This document shows, piece by piece, positions 34,801 to 46,800 of a stretch of 64,000 nt of DNA. The position numbers were made by a program, and so were the translations under genes. Each line of letters begins with the position of its first letter. Within the stretch, counting starts at the first letter, position 1. The notes below the pieces were generated by a model. That model searched no databases and had not been told where the DNA came from. It saw only the letters and a program-made list of their open reading frames with translations. Origin of the DNA: Eutreptiella sp. 'Long Island Sound 2002' (Eukaryota; Protista; Euglenida); NCBI GenBank assembly GCA_964036045.1, contig OZ038379.1:29512001-29576000 (forward strand). Reading direction: 5' to 3'.

Positions 34801-37800
34801 TGTGGCGGTGGGAACACCACGCATGTGGCAATCTCAAAGTTTGTTTTTCACCTCCCAAAGAAGCATGCCTATTTTTCATCAAAATAGACGTTCATTTTTA
34901 GTATGTGCCCTCCGAAAGGTAGTTTTTCTTGCTCCATCACGTGGACACATACACCCCCATCTATGGACTTGAATTGTTCGTGTTAGAACTTTTTGTCCAC
35001 GGCGGCTTTCAAAAATTTGAAATACTATTTTTTGGTGGGTGCTCGTGCATTCGTTTGCAGACATGTCCCGAGGTGCTGCCATGTTACAACCACAAACATC
35101 ACACCGCCTTACCATTGCGCCGTACATCGATGCAGAATGCAAGTCCTCTTAGAAACACGGATGCAGGGTACACCGCCCAATTTCTCGCAAACTTGTCAAA
35201 ATGTGTCATTGAAAGTGGACTTGTACTATTTATGTGTTGTGCAAAATACAAAAATTTTAAAATGTGGTATTTCACTCATTCCGGTCTGTATCATGCCGCA
35301 CACGTTACAACGGGCCACCGGATTACACGACTGTCGCTTCTCCTGGGCCTTGGGACCTTTTAATGGCTGTTGTACAACTGGTACCTTGGAGCGTTGCTAG
35401 GCTATGGATCATGGGGATGCAACCCGTGGATACATCCAGTTGGTTACAACACATTGGGGTTGAAGACTCTACCACCAGGTTTGGATGGTGACCTCTCTGC
35501 TGTGTGGACTCGTACCTTAGCTGCTTGCCAATAGGCATTTTCTTCATGGATGTTGTTCATTTCCTCAAATCCAAGGTATGTGCTACAGTTGATGCTATAA
35601 ATCAGTTTCAAAACACGGTAGTGAATATTTTCATCCACCAAAATAGGAAGGCGATGTTTTGCACCTCTTGAAGGCCGTGTATAATAGAGACAAGGTGTGG
35701 GTGGCTGACAGCGTCAAGTCAACAAGGAAGAAAAGTTGCCAAGAAAGGCTGGTAACATCGGTGTGTCGTATGTCCAAGGGACATCGCACATATTTAAGGC
35801 GAACCAGATCTTCCATCAACCAATGTAGTCCGTGATTGAAATTCTTGTGACTGTGTACCAACAGGGCAACAAGATAACCAATCCTCCTCCACAACATATC
35901 CAAACTAGGGAAAGAAGGCAAGACATCAACTGGACTATCCAGCAGCAAGACAACAGCGGCTGTAGAGTAAGGGACCGGTTCTCCCTTCTAGGCACTGGGA
36001 GTTACGTCAATAAAAAATATCAAACCAAAGAACAACTTGTACTCCATCCAGGGAATTCCAAAGAACAGTACAAACGCATTGTGCTTCAATGGAGAATGAA
36101 GGGACATGCTGAGAACATTGACCCATGTGCTCAAGACGCCTATGTTGCTTACAAGTCTTCAGATGGAAATTTGTTGGCCTGTTTGTACGAGGACGACATG
36201 CGTTGTGTAACAGAGACCAAAAGGTTCAAACACTCCTGCTCGCCAACACGGTACCAAAGATTAGGTACTCTATCAACGGCACGTGTGTCCCTCTGCGGGA
36301 CGTACTCCCCAATGGACTTCCCACCTCGGTAGTCCTCCCTAAGATCTAACACCCATTGACAGAACTCCTCAACACCCTTATCCCTCGCTACGGCATCCAA
36401 TAGATGTGCTCAGTACAACCTCCCTTAGTTTCTTACCCACACCCTTGTAGTGTAGGGAACATGGCCCCTATATAAATACCGTGTGGCTCTTTGTTACAAA
36501 AGATGCCCAACTTTCCGAAACCCATCTAGATGGAGCGTATGATTCTCGTTCTCTCCGGTTCACAAGTGGCGTCATAGTACACTGCTTACACATGTGCAAC
36601 GGTTCGTAAATCTTGTGCATCGGTACATTCTAGCTGTGTTTATTATTGGGTCACAAGTCAGGGACTATCATTGCGCGCCCTAGAGGGGGGAGGACGCTGC
36701 AGGCCCTTTACTGAGTCGTTGTGTGCACGTTTTGATGCACCTCACTTTGGGTTATGAGGAGAAAGTTGAGTATGTTCGCACCATTGTTGTTGCCAGGTTG
36801 CTGTGGTCACAATGGTATGCACGCCTCCCAGGTTTGGCACATAGTGAGGAACCGTGTGAAGCACAGTTGAGTAGAGGCGACGATTTCATGGCACATCATG
36901 CACATAATTGTACATTTGAACAGGTCCATGACCTTTTCGTGCTGTCCCCTTGCTGGGCAAGCCCCAAAGGACCCGCAGAACGTTAATGTTCCTAAGGGAT
37001 TGCCACAACTCATTGAGCGCCAAATTGATGCAAAGTTTTCATGTCGTGTCCTCTTGTCTTGGTCCACTCAGAAGACCAGTGTTGTGCTGGCTGAATGCGA
37101 TCTGCAAGATCGATTTTCCTTGTTCTCTAGACAATGTTCTCCTTGCACACCATTATTGTGAATTGTGCAGTAAGACCTTGCAAACCCTTGTGAAGCCCTT
37201 CAAGGTTGATCCTGAGGTAATGACTGAGATGAAGAGGCATGTGCCCCCCCGGAGATTTGGCCAGCACAATAGCACCGGCACATGTTGTGCACGGCGCATG
37301 TAACACACCCCAGAGGTACAAGCAGTGCCGTGTAGCACGTCCCCTTGTGCAGCGTGACACCCCCCGTGCGCTTGCTGCCCCCGAAAATCATGATGATGAC
37401 AATGACAGCGACAACTCCCCCCACCCCCTTTGGCTGCATTTGGAGGTGTGGACCTGTAGGCTGGTGATTTTCTGGGTGATGATGGAGGTAACGTTGACCC
37501 CCCCCCCCCGCCCCAGAAGAGGTGTCCGTTAATAGTGCTCTCTCGGATGCCCTTGTGGCGGTCCGTTCTGAGCTACGGGACTTTCACCCCCGTTTTTTGC
37601 CGGGTGCATCCGAGGGAGATGTAAACTCTGTGTCGTGTGTTCAATCGTCAACCGTTGGAAGTGGACTTGAGAATTAGAGGTGTCTAAGGGGGAGCACCTG
37701 ACACGGCGCGGAGATTTAGTGGTGTGGCGTGGCCTAGCAGCAGCTGCTTTTGCCCAAGGGGCCCCTTGTCCGGGGGTTTTGAACCTGGTGCATGATACTC

Positions 37801-40800
37801 TTTAGTTGAAAAACTGCACCAACTTGTTCCATCAAACCGTCCATGCTTTGAGCGCCAAATCGTGCAAGACGAGGCACTATACAAATGTTGTTAGTTGCTC
37901 TTTGAAGATCCCGCCCTCGAAGCTGAGCCCCGGCGTGTGGTACCAAAGGACCATCTCTCATTCGGGGGCATTTTGGGAGGTGGGTCAAGCTAGCCCCTTT
38001 CGGGTAAACACGTTGGAAAAGTAGTGCATGGTGGCGGTGTGCATGCGGCGCGCACTCGGCTCGCACGCGGCGCAGATACTCCCCCTAAATCTTATCTTTG
38101 GTGTAATGGTGCTAGATTCACTGTGCTGATCCATCCTTTGTCGGCCCCTTTGGCTAGCTATGCCTTTGGAAGAGGAATTACGGGAATGGGTTGAGCACCA
38201 GACCGCGTCGCAGGCCGTCCACACGGCAGAGAGAGCGAGGTCTCAGGCGGAACAGGCTCTAGGACAGCGGGCAGCGAACCAGAAGGCGACAGAGACCTTC
38301 AGAACCACATGGGTCAAGAAGCATTTGGTCAAGATCCAAGTCATGAAGATCAGATTTGACCCGGAGATGACTTGGGGCCAAACAAGAGCCAGGAGCGAGT
38401 ATGCAGTACTACAACGCATGGCCAGCTTGAGGACCAACCCACTGTGCAGACCTAGCTCTCTGCGGAACTCACGAAACAAACCCTGACTTCTTGTGAACCA
38501 TGCAGCAATATAGGGGCTCTCCGGAAGGCGGGACAGAAGCCAAGCCGGCGAAACCGCCGATGCTATGAGAATGAGCAGCCAGACTTCGTCCTCCATCTCC
38601 GTGTTGCATCGGGGAACCACTCCGAGGACCCGCAGCACCCAACCAGCCACTGCCAGACCGATGGTGCTGCTGTTTGCACCCCCATGGCAAATAGAAATCT
38701 TCGGGACCTTCACTCGGAACTTGTTGGGCACACAGAAACAAATCGTCATTTCCTCAAATTCATAAACGGGTGTCCACACTGTTGATCAAAAAAGGAGGTC
38801 ATAATATGCAGCCAGCCCCCACACTCTTTTGAGTCATGCAATTCATTAAGCACGAGCTTAACCTCCATTTGCCACCGGGACCGATTTTCCAGCAACCTTC
38901 AAGACCAAGGGGTGGACATCCTCGAGTTGGCCCTTCATACACTGAATGAAGACCTAGTGAAAAGCACAATTCATCACAGATGGGAACTGGTGCTCCCAAA
39001 TCGTTCGACATTGCATAATGGGACCCCATGTGACCCCATTTTGCTGCCTAACGAGTACACACCATTTTGTAATCCTTCAATGGGATTGCATACGGAATTG
39101 CCTTGCCAGTAGCAATTACAACTGCCTGTGCCCAAGCTCCGTGTGCTTTTGCTCCACCGTGAGGCTTGTTGAGACAAATCGTTGTCGATTTCTCCCCATC
39201 CGAAGTGTTGACCATTTGACTTGTCGGGCTAGTGCAATCCGCAGGTCGGCCCATTCTTCATATGTCCACATCCAATAGCACCTCCTTTGGCTTGCCCTTC
39301 TGTATCACAGCCCATATGCGCAATGCCACGTGACCCATGCTCCGTTTGGTAACAAAGTGTTGAACTGCATTGTGGTGTCCTCTGATAATCTCTGTGATGT
39401 CAATAGGGCACTCATGCTTGATTTCTTTGCAGCTGACGTGATTGAGCCAGTCCGGTAGCACCCGTGAATTTGAATGATCCTCCCGATAGAGGCGTTGGAG
39501 GGCTGTGAGGATATGTGCTCCACCTAGGCAGTATGGCACTCATGTTCAATAACAATGACACACAGGAGGCTCAAAAGTACGGGAAACCTCATACTTTCAT
39601 ACCACGTCAGGGGGGCAGTTTGGTGGGGAGAGAAATATGGGTCATGGCATACCCCGCATGAAGGACCATGCACTGCACATTGCGCCAATTAGTGTTCTGA
39701 CTATCACGTAGTATGTCCACTATATGAGTAGCACTAGATGACGGGAGGGGAGGGTGAGTGTGTGCTTTAGGTTGAGCATTGCCGTTGTTTTCAGTGAGGT
39801 ACGCCTAGCGGCGGAGACATTACCGTTGCGTGCCTTGCAGGGTTGACAATTCTTAGTCATAGTACTTGTAGTGCACAGTAAGATGAGACATGGTGTCGAC
39901 ATGACACTGTGTTCTCTGTAGGTCCGCAACTGATTCGATTGTCACTGCAGAGCCGAAAAGTGCCTAAGGTACCACTGACGAGGAGTTTGTTGTGTTGACG
40001 CGTGCGTTTGGTGTCAACTGGCACTCCACATGTCTCCGTAAGGGGGGGGGGGGGTGCGGGCAGGCCCAAGACCGCCCCCTTGAAGAAGCGACAGGTGTCC
40101 CTGGACGATGGGGATAGTGAGGAGGAGACCCCCGAAGAAGCCCACCAAAAAGGCAAAGGATAGTGCCCTCCTCATTACTTTCCACGCCAAAGTGGAGCAA
40201 GCCAAGGGCAAGAAGTCTACTCCAAAGAAACAGTAGTGTGGTTTGCGCTGTGACCAGCACTTGTCTCTGTGAATGTCCTGTGTTGGGTCCATGGTTTGTT
40301 GTGTGACAGACAGGTATCAAGCTGGTGCCATTTTTCCTGTTTTGAAATTTTTGGGAGCTGCAGTGCCCAAACTCGACAAGTTGCCATTTTTTTGTGCCCT
40401 GCAAGGCCATGTATTGTATTGGATGTGCTGCCCCTTGTTTTTCGCACTGTATTTGGAGCTATTTCTAGGACCTCCTTGCTTGCATTTATGGTGCAGACCT
40501 TGACCACGCTTCGCATACAGTCGCACTGATTGGGTCATTTGCTTTTACAAGAAAATGAAGACCAGACTGTTGCATGTGCTTGCTTGTGTGCATCCCTGCT
40601 ACATTTTTTAGGTTGCATTTAGGGACACCATCTGAAGGGCATGATATGGGGCCATATCAAAGTTGGATTTTCCTACACTTGTGCACTACAACGCACAAGA
40701 ATGAAGGGTATACATGGGTTTTGACTTTCAATTCTAATCCCCCCCCCACACACACAGCCGTACAGGACATAATCCATGGTTTTCGGGGTGTGCGTTGCAC

Positions 40801-43800
40801 GGGGCAAAACTAGATTTTTTGAAAGTAGTTTTTTCCTCCCCAATTTGGGGTGCTACCCATTTTGGAGCCGTGGCAATTTTGGCACCAACCAATAGGGCCG
40901 CAGAAGTAAGGTGAGCCTGTGATTGATCAACGCTTGCATTGGGGGCATGTGCCCCCCCCCCCACCCCCCCCACCCCGAATCGCCCCCCCCCCCCCACCAC
41001 CACCCGACCCTCCCACACCCCCTCCCAAAAAAAAAGCCCCTCCCAGACCTATCTGTGTTCCCGTGCTGTGTTTGATAGCCATGGATTGTGCGAGGCACCC
41101 TTGTGGTGATGAGTAATGATGAAGGGGATCACTTGCAATGTACTTCCATGCTGTCAACACCTACATTGGCCCATGTGATTTCCCCAAAACCTTTGAATTG
41201 GGCAATTTTAGGACGGACAATGCATTCGGGGAGGTCCATGGGGAATGTGCTGTGCTTAAATGGCATGGATTGCGTTGGGCACCCTCGTGGTGATAAATAA
41301 TGATGAAGGGGATCACTTGCAAGCTATTTTTGTGCCGTCAACAACCGTCAATGCCCTAGTGGTGTTGTGCGCACAGTGCACATGCTAGGGTAGGGTTACA
41401 GGGTCACTCGTGGGACCCAAAGTGGCCAAAAATGATTTTCAAAGTCGTTCCTAGACCTGTTGGGGTGCTCAAACAAGGGGTTTTAGGCCATTTTCAGCCA
41501 TCTTGGACCCACATTAGCCCATGCAACCTCCAACAAAATGGGCACATTTGGGACTGACGGTGCAGCATAGGAAGGGCAACGGGGAATGCCGGTGCCATGG
41601 AACACTTTGTGACATACCAAGGGACTCGGGGGAGCGGCCGGCCCGGTCTTTGCGACCCCCCCCCTAGCCTCCCCCCACCCCCGGGTTTGAGAGATAGTTG
41701 GTTGGGGGGCATGGCGCCAACGGTGCCCCCTTTCTTTTACATGGCGCATTTTGTTAATGCTTCTTTTTCATCAGGCCATCAGTGCTTTTGAGCGCCAGAT
41801 TAGCAAGACGAGGCGCTATACAATTGTCGTTTGTTGCGAAGTGCTTTCCAGCGGAAGATTAGCAAGACGGGCCGCTATACAAATGCCGGGGAGCGGGGAG
41901 GGGGGCAAGATGGTGACCCTTAAGACTTTCTTCCCAGCAAGGACGAGAAAGCGCTATTATCGCATACATGGCTCCGTTCCCCCAAACCCCCAGACACACA
42001 TCCCCTCGGGAGGTATGCATGTGGTAGTAGTGGGTCGCGTGCAGGCCCCCCCACCTTGGGAACCCCCCCTGCGGCCGAACCCCCTCCCCCCTACACCCTC
42101 CAGCCGACCCCCCCCCAAACTGCCCCCCCAGCCCCCCCGCCCCCCATGATTTTTGCCAGATAGCTGGGGGGTGGGTCGCATCAGGACCGTTGGTAGTCGC
42201 CCCTCTTGTGCCAAGGGATTTAATATGTCCCAGACAAAGTCATCATTGTTCCGGCAAGGAAATGGGTCACATCCAAGCGGTATTCAAAGCTATTAACTAA
42301 GGCGATCAAGATGGAGAAATCCACAAAAAAGAAGATGTACGATGTAGGTCCTCGTGGCACGGATGCAGACAGTGGGTCCCTTGGCCGACACTTGGGGTAT
42401 TTTCTAGTGCCGGAGGATCCTACTTGGTCCCCAAAAGGAAGCTCGGGCGGTCTTTGGTTTACCACCGTTGCACAAAGAAAACCCGCAAACAATGATACAA
42501 CCCGCCCACATGGACTATGGATAATGGGCACCCTGGGTTCTTACCCACGCCATGCACGGACACCGGGGACCGGTTGCACCCCATTTCCCGCCATCATGGG
42601 GGGATTGACCCCGCGTGTCCTAGGACAGCAACGACCCCCCCCCCCCCAAGGGGCCTCCGTCCAACATGTAGCTGCCAAAGGTGCTAGCCTCAGGAGTACA
42701 TGGGTGCTAAAGGCGCGTGAAGGAATTGTTTGTCCACTTTGCACCCCAATATCCTTAAACCCAACCTTGACCCTAACACCCAACCCAACCCTAAGCCTAG
42801 TCCTACCCCTACCCCTACCCGTAGCCCTCATCCTAGCCCTAATCAAGACTGAATATTGGGACCAAGCCGGTGGGGGAGGGAATGTAAGGTACGGGGTTGA
42901 TGGAGGATGCATGTTGAGGGACACCAAAAATTATTCCCGCCACTTTGACCAATATTCTGCCGTCAAAACCCTTCCTCGCTCGCTTTGCTTCTGGAGAGAC
43001 ATGCCCCGCGGCACTACTCCCGCACCCCTCCCTTTCACCCCTCCCCCTGCATTCCCTGTGGACCCCTGCTTTGGCACTACTGGTCACAAAAGTGCCCATT
43101 TCAGGGCTCTTTTGAAGCTTGTATGCGGTCACATGGGCCCAAAATGCCTCCGCTTTGCTCAAGAGACATGCCACCCAGCCCTCCACCCACACTCCTCACC
43201 TATCAACCTTGACCGCAAGACAACACATAGCATGCGGTCATTGCCACACCAATTCCCAGTTTTCAACCAATTCCCTTATATTGCCCCATTTTCCCCGTGT
43301 TTTTTTTTTTTGGTGAAATCCCATTTTTCCTCCCCCCCCCCCCTTTCCCCATCTATCACCCACTATTACCCATTTTTACCCATTTTCCCCGTGAAATCCC
43401 ATTTTTCCTTCTTTATTTCGCATTTTCCCGCATTGTTGCCCATTTTTCCACTCGGCTATGATGTGCCGGGAGACGTGCCCGATCTATGCACATCCCAGCC
43501 ATGCGGGGTGCCCAGCAGCCCTCAAGCATTTTGACCCCCTCAGGGCGGGCAGCCGGGCTGGGGTCCCAGGTACTCCAACATACATACCTCAAAATGATTC
43601 CTTCGTTGCATTAATCATTTTGAATGCATGGTTTTTGCAAAGAAAAAAATTACTCCTTGGGGAGTCCGGTCCCAATAGCCAGGCTTGGGGGGCTGGAGGG
43701 GCAGGTTAGGGGTCTAGAAAATTTTCATGTTTTGCATGCATATTTGTCTTCCCCATGAAACTTTGAGCATTTTGAGCACACACGGACACACACATGGGGT

Positions 43801-46800
43801 AAAAACGAAATTTTACCCCCCACCGTATGATACAAAAAGTTTCTAGCGCCTTTGGCGCCCCATTGGGACCAAATACTTAGGCGGCCCTAACTCCCCACCC
43901 AATTTTCTGGCAAGTGTCATAAAGAATTGGTTTTGTAAACTGGTAAAAAAGGGGGGGCATTTTGAAGTGGCATTTGTATGCTGCGCGGGGGGGGGGGGGT
44001 CCAGACCCCCCCCAAAAAAAACAGGGGAAAGGCATTTTTTGGGCGTGTGTTTCGCACCCAAGTAGTGACCTCAACAACCTCTTTTCGAGCCCAAAATGCT
44101 CCCAAATCAGCCTTGAGAAGCACCCCTTTTGCATACTTTTTCAAGTTGCACCTTTGTGCCCCATCACCCCTCCCAGCATCCCCCCTCCCAAGCCACCCCC
44201 CGGGGAGCCTCCGGCCAACGGTTAGTGGGGGGGGGGTTAGTTGGCGTCCAAACTGGAGGAGTCCCCCCCCCCCCCGTGCCCCCCATTTCTCCTCATTTGC
44301 CCCCATTTTCCCCGTTTTTCCACTTCCCCCATTTTTCCTCTGGGCACATCATGCAGTATCACAGGGCACACCATCATAAATCTGGTCAGGCACTTTCCAG
44401 CACTGGCACTGTAAGTTGAATGATTTGTGGGTTACATTTTTCGTTGACCCACATCCCGCAGGTCCCCACAAATATTAGCCCTCAAGAGGTTCCCCGAATT
44501 TTCCACCCCCTGTGTTGCATCAGCACAAATGCTTCGTTGCTGTGCAGATACGATGGGCTGTACACTGTCAAGTATTGCTGGCACCAGATGGTTCCTGGTG
44601 TTGATGGCCAGTTGTTCCGCATTTGGCGCTACCATATGCAAAGCGTCGATGATTATTTTCCCAAGCCCTCTGTTCAGCTGACCCAAGCAACCGATGTCCG
44701 CACTGTTACCGTGTCTGTCTGCTTGGACAACAGATCCAGAATTGTTTTAGGTGCTGCAGGGTTCGGGGTCAGGTTGTGGTCGCTGGTATTTGTCTCCCCC
44801 CCCCCCCAACTTCACATATTCCATGCAATCCCCCTCCCATATGGGTGTCTGACTTTCGCCAATTTCTCTGATACGTTCTGCCCATTCATTTGGATTCTGA
44901 GGCAGCTGAAATAAGACGGGTCAAAATGGTCTGAAATTGCTTTACCGTGTGAATTCTAAAGATTTGCGAAAATAATTAATCCTGGCACAAGGTGTTGTTG
45001 TCCGCAGAAAAAAACGCAAGAAAAATTGATTATTGGCTTCATGTCTTACGCAAAAATGGGTTCCGCAAAAAAAAATTGCAAAAATAAAATATCCGAGGTG
45101 CCTTGCCGAAGGCAATAGAATTTGTTTGTTGGTTGTTGGTACACAGGAGTAAACCCGTGGGCCGAAGGTTTCTCCTGGGGGGAAAACAGGCCCACTCGCC
45201 CAAACCAACGTAAACAAAACGTGACCACAGGGGTGGCACGCCAGGCTGTGCGCGCAACGGAGGTACAGCCTTCGTACTTATTTTTCTGTCATTCCCCATG
45301 AGGCAGCTGTGGAGCTTTGCTGCTGCTGCACATGAATGTACCACCGCAGGTCATCTTCGAGGGTACAACAGACGGATGTCACCCCGCAAACACATGTTTG
45401 GAACTGGTTTGTTGAAAAACTGGTAGACCTGAACCATGCTTGTTGGTGCTTATCTGTGCTATGGACTGCAATCCCAGAGTCCAACTGATCGACATTTGTA
45501 TGCCTGTGTAGGAATGGACTGCAATCTCAGAGTCCAAGGTACACGGTTTCTTGCAGTAGCAACAAAATGAATCAACCCCAATCCCCAAAACGCAAAAAAA
45601 AAACCGCAAAAAAATTAATTTTTGGTCCAACACCCCACGCAAAAATGGGTTCCGCCAAAAAAATCGCAAAATTTTTTTTTGCCCATTTTTGCCTATTTTG
45701 GATGCTGCCGCAAAAATTTTGCTTATTATTAATTCAAAACACCCAACGCAAAAATTAGGATTCCGCGAAGCTTTAGGATCTGCACGGTATTTGATTTTTG
45801 TGATAGGAAAATGCATGGATATGAGATTGATGTAATTATGGTTGCTGGGTATGGGGGGTTATGAGGGCGTGATGAGGAAATGGCGCAGATTGTTGTAAAT
45901 CCCCATATAGAATACAACAATGGCTTTATAATGGTCATAGCACAGATGATTTTTCGTCAAAAATGTCAACAGGCCCCTCAAATCAATGAGTGGAATGCAC
46001 CAGTCACAATGAGGTGTTGTCTTCAAGTGCACATTGTTTCCAAAGGTTTGGAATTGATCAAAATGTGCCATTGCCAGACACATTTTTTTTGGGGGGGGGG
46101 ACTATGATGCCTAACTTTTGCCATTGTTAGACCAACGAATTGGGCCGCCCTCACTTCGTTGTTGGGGAGAATGGGGGCAGGGACTGGTGGGGGCTCAGGC
46201 TGGGAAAGCGCACCCACACACCCTTTGTGGTGCTCTCACCCAGTATCCTACACAATGCACGTGTCTAGCTTGCTATCTCTCTAGCTGCCGGTTGATGTCT
46301 ACGCCACGAATGCCACCAAGGGTGGGCAGGGGCACCCAGAGCATTGGGTGAGGCATGGAGATGGGGAGTGGTGTGTCCCTTGCGGGTGTTATGGTGGTCT
46401 GGCTGTGCAGAGCGAACACACAAACCGCAAGGTGCACCCCTACCCAGAGCAGGGTACTTCCTCTGCAGAAAAGACTAAAAAGACTGATCTGCAGAAGACA
46501 AATCCCCAAGGGACCACAGAGGCATCTTTCTGGGGGCAGTAAGAATATTTCCTCGCGTTAATCTGATAGAGGAACACAAAGGACCTAATCTCTTGCACAC
46601 TCAGCTTCTCTAGTGGCAAATTCTTCCGCTGTAGCTCCTTCAGCACCATCTGCTGCTGCTGCAGTGTCTTCTACTACGCACACTGCAGCGGTGGAACCCA
46701 GCAGCATACAATAGGATGCCCAGGGAAAGCTGTGAGACCTTGCCAGCCTGAGACTGTGAAAAAGGGAAGCAACCCCGGGGCGCTGAACATTCACCTCAGG

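Noticed and set aside
42311-43534. 407-aa ORF
   Set aside because: Reads through MITE, telomere-like and CCCATTTT repeats; no recognisable domain.
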